A DNA stretch of 50,246 nucleotides from Rubrobacter sp. (GTDB lineage: Bacteria; Actinomycetota; Rubrobacteria; Rubrobacterales; Rubrobacteraceae). Numbering within the stretch: the first letter of the stretch is position 1; every line of letters begins with the position of its first letter. A model generated the notes under the pieces. That model was given only the letters and a program-made list of their open reading frames with translations. It ran no database searches and had not been told where the DNA came from. Made by a program: the position numbers and the translations under genes. Below are positions 44,311-50,246 of this stretch, one piece after another. The DNA is taken from positions 1-50,246 of the forward strand of contig JACDAR010000157.1 of NCBI GenBank assembly GCA_013695335.1, written 5' to 3'.

Positions 44311-45057
44311 TTATTGCATAACCATCCCACCATCCACCGTAATGGTCTGCCCCGTCACGTATCCCGCACCCTCCCCGGCAAGGAAAGCGACTACCTCCGA
44401 GATCTCCCCCGGCTCCCCGAACCTCCCCATCGGAACCTGGCCCAGGATCTGGTCCTTCACCTTGTCTGACAAACTCCCGGTCAGCTCCGTCTCCACGTAG
44501 CCTGGCGCAACAGCGTTCACGGTGATGCCGCGCTGCGCCACCTCCCGAGCTACGCTTTTTGTGAGCCCGATGAGCCCGGCTTTGGATGCCGCGTAGTTCG
44601 CCTGTCCCGCGTTACCCACGAGCCCGACTACGGATGAGATGTTCACGATCCTGCCCCACCGCGCCCGCACCATCTTGCGCAACACGGCCCGCGTACACAG
44701 ATAAGTTCCCTTGAGGTTGGTCCGAAGAACGTCATCGAACTCCTCTTCCTTCATGCGCATCATCAGGTTGTCCCGCGTGATGCCCGCGTTGTTCACCAGG
44801 ATATCCACGCGCCCGAAAGCCCCGTCCACGCCCTTGAAAAGCGCGTCAACGTCATCCTGTGAAGCAACGTCGCCCTTGAAGGTCTCACACCTGACGCCAG
44901 CTTCGCGCACGAGGTTCGCGCTCTCTTCCGCAGCTTCGTCGTTGCCTCGGTAGGAGATAGCGATGTCCGCGCCCTCGTGGGCGAGTCGGACGGCTATGGA
45001 GCGGCCAATACCGCGTCCGCCGCCGGTGATGACGGCTACCCTTCCGGCTTCGATCAC
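44311..45057 (-). CDS. fabG: 3-oxoacyl-ACP reductase
   Basis: SDR with [16 protein letters not shown], and the YAASKAG catalytic Tyr/Lys. Confidence 0.93.
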   Translation of the reverse strand: MIEAGRVAVITGGGRGIGRSIAVRLAHEGADIAISYRGNDEAAEESANLVREAGVRCETFKGDVASQDDVDALFKGVDGAFGRVDILVNNAGITRDNLMMRMKEEEFDDVLRTNLKGTYLCTRAVLRKMVRARWGRIVNISSVVGLVGNAGQANYAASKAGLIGLTKSVAREVAQRGITVNAVAPGYVETELTGSLSDKVKDQILGQVPMGRFGEPGEISEVVAFLAGEGAGYVTGQTITVDGGMVMQ

Positions 45058-45503
45058 AGCTCCCCAACCCCTTCCGCGAACGCGAACATCAGGTCAGCCT
45101 CACACACCCGCTCGCCAGAGACTGTTGCTTTGCCTTTTCCGCGTCCGATCTTGCCTTTCAGACGTTCGATCCGGACTTCCATCGTCAGCACGTCCCCAGG
45201 CACCACCTGACGCCTGAACCGCACGCCATCTATCCCGGCGAAAAGCGCGAGCTTCCCCCGATACTCCTCCACGCTCATCACGCCGACGGCCCCGACCTGG
45301 GCCATCGCTTCAACGATCAGGACACCGGGCATCACCGGATAATCCGGGAAATGTCCCTGGAAGAACGGTTCGTTCTGGGTGACGCTCTTGATCCCAACAG
45401 CCCGCACACCGGGCTCGACTTCCTCGATGCGGTCCACGAGCAGGAACGGGTAGCGATGCGGGATGAGGTTCCGGATCTCCACCGCCGACAGGGACCGTTT
45501 CAC
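45054..45503 (-). CDS. fabZ: 3-hydroxyacyl-ACP dehydratase FabZ
   Basis: The GTG at 45503 overlaps the fabD stop (GTGA) and gives [24 protein letters not shown]...[16 protein letters not shown]. The track start at 45644 adds an Arg/Gly-rich overlap with fabD. Confidence 0.92.
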   Translation of the reverse strand: MKRSLSAVEIRNLIPHRYPFLLVDRIEEVEPGVRAVGIKSVTQNEPFFQGHFPDYPVMPGVLIVEAMAQVGAVGVMSVEEYRGKLALFAGIDGVRFRRQVVPGDVLTMEVRIERLKGKIGRGKGKATVSGERVCEADLMFAFAEGVGEL

Positions 45504-46327
45504 GACAGCAGCTCCATCGCGCCCCGGCCTTCGATCTCCACGGCCCTGAAGTCCCGCAGCATCCTCACCAGCGTACCTCCCTCTCCAGCCTCCACGATCT
45601 CCCGCACGCCCAGATCCTCGAAACGGGCGATCACCTCTACCCACCGTACCGGCGAGAGCATCTGGTTGGTGAGCGCCAGCCTCACATCATCCGCCGTGGC
45701 CAGGATCGCCCCGTCCACGCCGCTCACCATCGGTATCTCCGGCTCCGCAAACTCCGTCTCCTCCAGCAAGGACTCCATCGCCAGCGAAGCCTCGAGCATG
45801 AGCGGAGAATGGAACGCGCCAGCTACTTCGAGCGGAACCTTTCGCCCTTTGACCCTCTCTCCGACGGCCTCAAGTGCAGATTTTTCGCCAGAGATCACGG
45901 TCTGGCGGGGCGTATTGAAGTTGGCAGCGACCACGATGCCGTCTTCCTCGGGGAATTCTTCCACGACGTTCGCGATTTCCCTCGGGTCGGCTTTGAGTAC
46001 GGCCACCATTCCGCCTGGATTCTGCGCGGAAGCCTCGTTCATCAGGCGATCCCTCTCCGCAACGAGCCGCACGCCATCCTCCAGGCTCAATGACCCTGCG
46101 GCGTGCGCTGCGGCGTACTCGCCCAGGGAGTGGCCTGCCACCACGTCGGGCATAGTGCCACGCTCTCGAAGCGCGTACAGCAGATCCACGGATCGGGCGA
46201 AAACCGAAAGCTGATACGGCACATCGCCGTCGCCGATCTGGCGCTGCACTACCCCACGAATCTCACCGGAGACTTCGCCTCCGACAGTTCCCTGGCCGGG
46301 GAACACAATGGCCCGCCGTATCTCCAA
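45500..46327 (-). CDS. fabD: Malonyl-CoA:ACP transacylase
   Basis: FPGQG, the GHSLGEY active-site Ser, and AFHSPLM. Confidence 0.92.
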   Translation of the reverse strand: MEIRRAIVFPGQGTVGGEVSGEIRGVVQRQIGDGDVPYQLSVFARSVDLLYALRERGTMPDVVAGHSLGEYAAAHAAGSLSLEDGVRLVAERDRLMNEASAQNPGGMVAVLKADPREIANVVEEFPEEDGIVVAANFNTPRQTVISGEKSALEAVGERVKGRKVPLEVAGAFHSPLMLEASLAMESLLEETEFAEPEIPMVSGVDGAILATADDVRLALTNQMLSPVRWVEVIARFEDLGVREIVEAGEGGTLVRMLRDFRAVEIEGRGAMELLS

Positions 46328-46343
46328 TCCCCCTCCTTTGAAT

Positions 46344-47291
46344 CTAGATCTTGTACAGGTTCGCAGCCCACGTCAGGCCGAACCCGAAGCCGACCGTGAC
46401 CACATACCGACCCATTTCGAACCCATCGAAGATGTCAGGGTAGGAGATCGGGATGCTCGCAGCCGACGTGTTCCCGAAACGATCCACGTTCACCACTATG
46501 CACCCCTCCAGCACGTCCAGCTTCCTCGCCGCCGCGTGTATTATGCGTGCATTTGCCTGATGCGGGATTATGTACTGAACTTCTTCCAGCGAGATGCCGT
46601 TGCGGGCGACGAGCTTTTCGACCATCTCGGGGAGCACGCGAACGGCGAACTTGAAGACCTCGCGGCCGTTCTGGTACAGCTTGTGATCGTCGCCTGGATG
46701 TCCGGCGCGGCCGAACGGGGCCATCCTGCCGTCTGCGCCGAGGACGTGATCCACGAACCCGGAAGTTCCATCGCCTTTTTCGAGCACCACCGCCCCGGCT
46801 CCGTCCCCAAAGAGCACGCTGGTCGAACGGTCTTGCGCATCCACGATGGTCGTCATGGCGTCGGCGCCAATGAGGAGCACACGGCTCGCGGGTCCGCTTC
46901 GCAGCATCGCGTCCGCGACGGATGCTGCGTACGAGAAACCGGCGCAGGCCGCCGCGAGGTCCATCGCGCCGATACCGGGCGCGCCGATGGCTTCACCGAC
47001 CAGGCAGGCCACTGAGGGCATGGATTCCGGACCTGTGGACGTGGCGCAGATAACGAGATCAATCTCGTCGCCGGATAGGTTCGCGTGGGACAGGGCGTTG
47101 CGGGCGGCTTCGATGGCGAGGGTTGAGCAATCTTCACCCTCGGAGATAAAGTGGCGCTCCCGTATTCCCGTGCGCGCCTGGATCCAGGCGTCAGTCGTGT
47201 CGATGGTGCGGGCCAGGTCGTCGTTGGTGACGACACGGTTTCCGAGCGCCCTTCCGACGCCGACGATCTTGCCGACCGGCGGGCCGCTCAA
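46344..47291 (-). CDS. fabH: 3-oxoacyl-ACP synthase III
   Basis: Catalytic Cys region [13 protein letters not shown], and GNTSAASIP. Confidence 0.93.
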   Translation of the reverse strand: MSGPPVGKIVGVGRALGNRVVTNDDLARTIDTTDAWIQARTGIRERHFISEGEDCSTLAIEAARNALSHANLSGDEIDLVICATSTGPESMPSVACLVGEAIGAPGIGAMDLAAACAGFSYAASVADAMLRSGPASRVLLIGADAMTTIVDAQDRSTSVLFGDGAGAVVLEKGDGTSGFVDHVLGADGRMAPFGRAGHPGDDHKLYQNGREVFKFAVRVLPEMVEKLVARNGISLEEVQYIIPHQANARIIHAAARKLDVLEGCIVVNVDRFGNTSAASIPISYPDIFDGFEMGRYVVTVGFGFGLTWAANLYKI

Positions 47292-48298
47292 GCCCCACCT
47301 CCGGCGGGTGCGGCATGGGCGCTGTCTAGTGCCTGCTGAAGGGCGTCGCTCAGTCCAGCTCCAGCCCGCGAGATGCCGAGCAGGGCGTTTTCGACGCCTC
47401 GTGCCTGTGAGTTGCCGTGCCCGATCACCACGGAGCCCTTCACACCGAGGAGGAAGGAGCCTCCGTATTGCTCCGGGTCGAGGTGATTTCTCATCTTCAT
47501 GAGCCTTGGCCTGAGGATAGCGGCTGCGAGTTTGGTCACAGCGCTTGCAGTCATCGTTGAGCGGAGCATCGAGAAGATTTCGCGCGAGACGCCTTCGGCG
47601 GTCTTCAGCACTACGTTGCCCGTGAAGCCATCTGTCACCAGAACGTCGGCCTCTCCGCTGCCGATATCCCTGCCTTCGACGTTGCCGACGAAGCGGACGG
47701 CGCCGGAGTTCCGGATCAAAGCGTGCGACTCCTTCGCAAGGTCGTCGCCCTTGCCGGGTTCCTCGCCCACGTTGATCAGGCCGACACGGGCCGATTCGAT
47801 CCCGAAATATCTCTCAGCGAACACGCTGCCAAGAATAGCGAAATTCAGCAGGTCCTGCGGCCTGCACATCGTGGTGGCGCCAGCGTCCAGCAATAACACG
47901 GGCGACGAGAACGGAAGCACGGTGGCGATGGCCGGCCTGCGGCACCCTTCGAGGCGCCCGATCCTGAGCAAAGCCGCAGCGACCGTTGCCCCTGTATTTC
48001 CGGCGGAAAATATCGCGTCTGCGTCGCCGCTGCGCACCATGCTGGCGGCGACAGCCACGCTAGCGTCTGGACGCGCCCGCAGCGCGGAGGCTGGTTCTTC
48101 TTCCATGCCGACAGCGTTGCCCGCGTCGTGCAGGCTCAGGTTCTCCGGTCTCCCTGAGCCAAGGAGTTTCGAGACGCGTGCTTCGTTGCCGACGAGCAGG
48201 ATCTCATCTTCCGGCAGACGCTTCGCGGCGGCGACAGCCCCGGAAACTATTTCTTCAGGAGCTTCGTCGCCGCCGAGGGCATCAACCGCGATGCGCAT
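47288..48298 (-). CDS. plsX: Phosphate acyltransferase PlsX
   Basis: [34 protein letters not shown]. Confidence 0.93.
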   Translation of the reverse strand: MRIAVDALGGDEAPEEIVSGAVAAAKRLPEDEILLVGNEARVSKLLGSGRPENLSLHDAGNAVGMEEEPASALRARPDASVAVAASMVRSGDADAIFSAGNTGATVAAALLRIGRLEGCRRPAIATVLPFSSPVLLLDAGATTMCRPQDLLNFAILGSVFAERYFGIESARVGLINVGEEPGKGDDLAKESHALIRNSGAVRFVGNVEGRDIGSGEADVLVTDGFTGNVVLKTAEGVSREIFSMLRSTMTASAVTKLAAAILRPRLMKMRNHLDPEQYGGSFLLGVKGSVVIGHGNSQARGVENALLGISRAGAGLSDALQQALDSAHAAPAGGGA

Positions 48299-48326
48299 TC
48301 GTGGAATGCCCCGCTATCTGGGTGGC

Positions 48327-48512
48327 CTACTCGGTGGCCTCCACGGCGACGGCGGTGCGCCCCTTGTAGAAACCGCAGTTGGAACAGACCCGGTGCGGCC
48401 TATGCGGAGCCCCGCAATTTGGGCAGGCAACGAGGCCCACGTTCTTGATAGCGTGGTGCGCCCGGCGCTGGTCCCTGCGGGCCTGAGATGTCTTCTTCTT
48501 CGGTACTGCCAT
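48327..48512 (-). CDS. rpmF: 50S ribosomal protein L32 (zinc-ribbon form)
   Basis: [19 protein letters not shown] with CPNCG...CSNCG. Confidence 0.95.
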   Translation of the reverse strand: MAVPKKKTSQARRDQRRAHHAIKNVGLVACPNCGAPHRPHRVCSNCGFYKGRTAVAVEATE

Positions 48513-48550
48513 TTTTCTACCTCCTGATTTCTTCGGAAACTATAGGAAAT

Positions 48551-49009
48551 TCAGAATCCCGAGGCGAACAGATCGTCGAGGCCGCGCCACCTCGGGTCAA
48601 CCTCGTCCTCGTCCTGCGCGATCCGCACGGGCTCGGTGCCAGGCTTGAAGACCTGCATCGGCACCTCGTTGGGCAACGCCCGACGCGCGTACTGGGTGGC
48701 GTTCAGCTCCCAATCCTGGACACAGACCTCGTCGTTGTTCGGCCCCGAGAGGAACCCAGAATCCCCGAAAGTCAACTCGAGTTCGACTGGTTCCAGAGTA
48801 CGGTCGCAGGACGTGAGCATCGTCGCGGTTATCTTCAGGTCGAGATGCAAACCTTCGGCGAGCTTGGTGACCGCCGCTCGGGCTTCTGCCTTCGTTACTT
48901 CGTGGTGGCGACCGTAGAGATCGAAGGGCTCGACGGCGAAGCTGGCTGTATATTCGCGTCGGTCTCCGACCTCAAGGCCGGGGCGCTTGAGGGGAATCAA
49001 ATCAGTCAT
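48551..49009 (-). CDS. DUF177 (YceD-like) protein
   Basis: 152 aa in the conserved position immediately upstream of rpmF. Acidic C-terminus with DPRW, typical of the family. Confidence 0.85.
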   Translation of the reverse strand: MTDLIPLKRPGLEVGDRREYTASFAVEPFDLYGRHHEVTKAEARAAVTKLAEGLHLDLKITATMLTSCDRTLEPVELELTFGDSGFLSGPNNDEVCVQDWELNATQYARRALPNEVPMQVFKPGTEPVRIAQDEDEVDPRWRGLDDLFASGF

Positions 49010-49018
49010 CCGGGTATT

Positions 49019-49474
49019 TTACTCTTCCTGAACGCCCTGGAGCTTGTTGCGTCCCCGCTGGACGGCTTCGAGGAGCCGGGCGAGGTTGTCCTCCAGGTTG
49101 GCAAGTACCTCGTCCGCGTAATCTTCCGCTCCGAGTCGGATCTCGCGCTCCCGACGGCGGGCGTCCTCCATGATCTCTGCGCCGCGCTTCTCGGCGCGCT
49201 TGAGGATTTCTTCCTCGGAGGTGATCTTCTCCGCCTCTTCCTGGGCGCTGCGGATTATGCGGTCGCTCTCGCTACGGGCCTCGTCGAGCATCGCCTGACG
49301 TTCCTTGACGATCCAACGCGCCTGCTTGAGTTCCTCTGGGATGGTCTGGCGCATCTGGTCTATGACGTCGAATGCGGCGTCGCGGTCCACCATGGCCGTA
49401 TTTCCGAAACCGGGGAAACTCCTGGCCTCCTCCACCAGCTCCTCTAGCCTGTCTATCAGCACGAGTACGTCCAT
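49019..49474 (-). CDS. Hypothetical coiled-coil protein (151 aa)
   Basis: Highly charged helical sequence (ARWIVKERQAMLDEARSESDRIIRSAQEEAEKITSEEEILKRAEKRGAEIMEDARRRER). It resembles DivIVA or ATP-synthase-b-like coiled coils. It lies between coaD and the DUF177 gene. Confidence 0.6.
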   Translation of the reverse strand: MDVLVLIDRLEELVEEARSFPGFGNTAMVDRDAAFDVIDQMRQTIPEELKQARWIVKERQAMLDEARSESDRIIRSAQEEAEKITSEEEILKRAEKRGAEIMEDARRREREIRLGAEDYADEVLANLEDNLARLLEAVQRGRNKLQGVQEE

Positions 49475-49482
49475 AGGTGAAC

Positions 49483-50010
49483 CTATCCTTTGCTCTCCGT
49501 CTTTATCCGCGGCTCTGTATCCGCTTGCGTGCCTGCATACGCCTCCATCACGGTCTCCAGTATCTCATCTGGAACGAACTCGCTCACGTCGCCGCCGTAG
49601 CTGGCGATCTCACGCACGGCGCTCGACGAGAGAAAGCTGTGTTTGGCTGAGGCCATTATGAACATAGTCTCGACCTCTGCGTCGAGCGTCTGGTTGAGTT
49701 GCGCCTGCTCGAACTCGGAGTTGAAATCCGAGACGGCCCTCAGTCCCTTCACTATGACCCTGGCGCCCCGCTCGCGGGCGAACTCGACCAGCAGCCCATC
49801 CATTACCTCAACCGAGACGTTGCCGAGATTAGCGGTCACCTTCTCGACCAGAGCGCGCCGTCCGTCAGGCGTCAGGCGCGGGTTCTTGACCCGGTTGGCG
49901 CCCACTGCAACCACGACGTGGTCGAACACGCCGGAGGCGCGCCGAATCACGTCGAGATGCCCGACCGTAATGGGATCGAAGCTCCCAGGACATACCGCTA
50001 CGTTTATCAT
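49483..50010 (-). CDS. coaD: Phosphopantetheine adenylyltransferase CoaD (coordinates from the internal ATG)
   Basis: MINVAVCPGSFDPITVGHLDVIRRA, KGLRAVSDFNSEFEQA, ISSSAVRE. The reading frame is open upstream into an RsmD-like domain. Confidence 0.92.
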   Translation of the reverse strand: MINVAVCPGSFDPITVGHLDVIRRASGVFDHVVVAVGANRVKNPRLTPDGRRALVEKVTANLGNVSVEVMDGLLVEFARERGARVIVKGLRAVSDFNSEFEQAQLNQTLDAEVETMFIMASAKHSFLSSSAVREIASYGGDVSEFVPDEILETVMEAYAGTQADTEPRIKTESKG

Positions 50011-50246
50011 GAAATCGGACCGATCAAAGACGGTTACCACAGTGCCGCCGTAGCGGCGCGTGACCCCTTTCTCGCCTAGCAAAACCTCCTCGGGAGCGCC
50101 GCCCCGCTCTACCACCACCCGTCCTCCGGGTGCCAGCAAAACGCCAAGACGCGACAAAACGCCTTCGACCTCCTTCGCCGCGATTCTATATGGCGGGTCC
50201 ATGAATATCAAATTGTATGTTCTGCCATGCTCCAGCAGGTCATCCA
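50011..50246 (-). CDS. rsmD: RsmD-like 16S rRNA methyltransferase, C-terminal part; runs off the right edge and continues in frame, without a stop, into coaD
   Basis: My translation from the window edge gives DDLLEHGRTYNLIFMDPPYRIAAKEVEGVLSRL...RRYGGTVVTVFDRSDF (DPPY motif IV), followed directly by the CoaD Met. Confidence 0.75.

Noticed and set aside
1-50246. Search for CRISPR arrays, IS or transposase genes, integrases, restriction-modification, toxin-antitoxin or other defence modules, rRNA/tRNA/tmRNA/RNase P/SRP RNA
   Set aside because: I found no regularly spaced direct repeats, no transposase, integrase or nuclease-helicase ORFs, and no sequences matching the conserved cores of these RNAs. 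Every ORF above about 90 aa on the coding strand is accounted for by a housekeeping family, apart from the lipoprotein-like protein, the membrane protein, the orphan plus-strand protein and the coiled-coil protein next to coaD.

Overview
The window is a high-G+C bacterial chromosome segment made almost entirely of conserved housekeeping genes. I call 54 CDS and 53 of them are on the minus strand. In minus-strand transcription order (right to left) they are: rsmD/coaD, a coiled-coil protein, DUF177, rpmF, plsX-fabH-fabD-fabZ-fabG-acpP-fabF, rnc, a membrane protein, smc-ftsY-ffh, rpsP-KH-rimM-trmD-rplS, rnhB-yraN-comM-dprA, a lipoprotein, rpsB-tsf-pyrH-frr-uppS-cdsA-dxr-rseP-ispG, one plus-strand orphan, rimP-nusA-infB-DUF503-rbfA-nrnA-truB-ribF-rpsO-pnp-M16 peptidase-rnj-ftsK, a RodZ-like gene, and recA-recX-rny. 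This gene order is typical of Gram-positive (Terrabacteria) genomes. Combined with the G+C content it suggests a deep-branching actinobacterium such as a Rubrobacter-like organism, but that is inference only. I found no rRNA, tRNA, CRISPR array, IS or transposase, integrase, or recognisable defence, toxin or secretion module. I see no convincing multi-gene novel system here. The only accessory-looking DNA is three short, visibly more A/T-rich insertions into otherwise canonical synteny: the orphan plus-strand gene at 18.9-19.3 kb, the region between rpsB and dprA at 27.5-29.5 kb (one lipoprotein-like gene in about 2 kb of mostly non-coding, repeat- and palindrome-rich DNA), and a polytopic membrane protein wedged between rnc and smc at 41.3-41.9 kb. 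The observations most worth follow-up are small-scale. (1) A canonical intrinsic terminator lies 13 nt upstream of rimP, with a promoter-like element just before it, suggesting a nusA-operon leader attenuator. (2) The rnj leader carries six copies of a pentamer on a 7-nt period that can form register-shifting hairpins. (3) NusA has a Cys3-His C-terminal tail and ylxR is absent. (4) The rsmD and coaD reading frames are fused in frame with no stop. (5) Ribosomal protein S2 carries an acidic tail of about 140 aa. Many long plus-strand ORFs in the track are antisense shadows of real genes and are rejected. All start-codon refinements, promoters and structures were read by eye and need computational or experimental confirmation.
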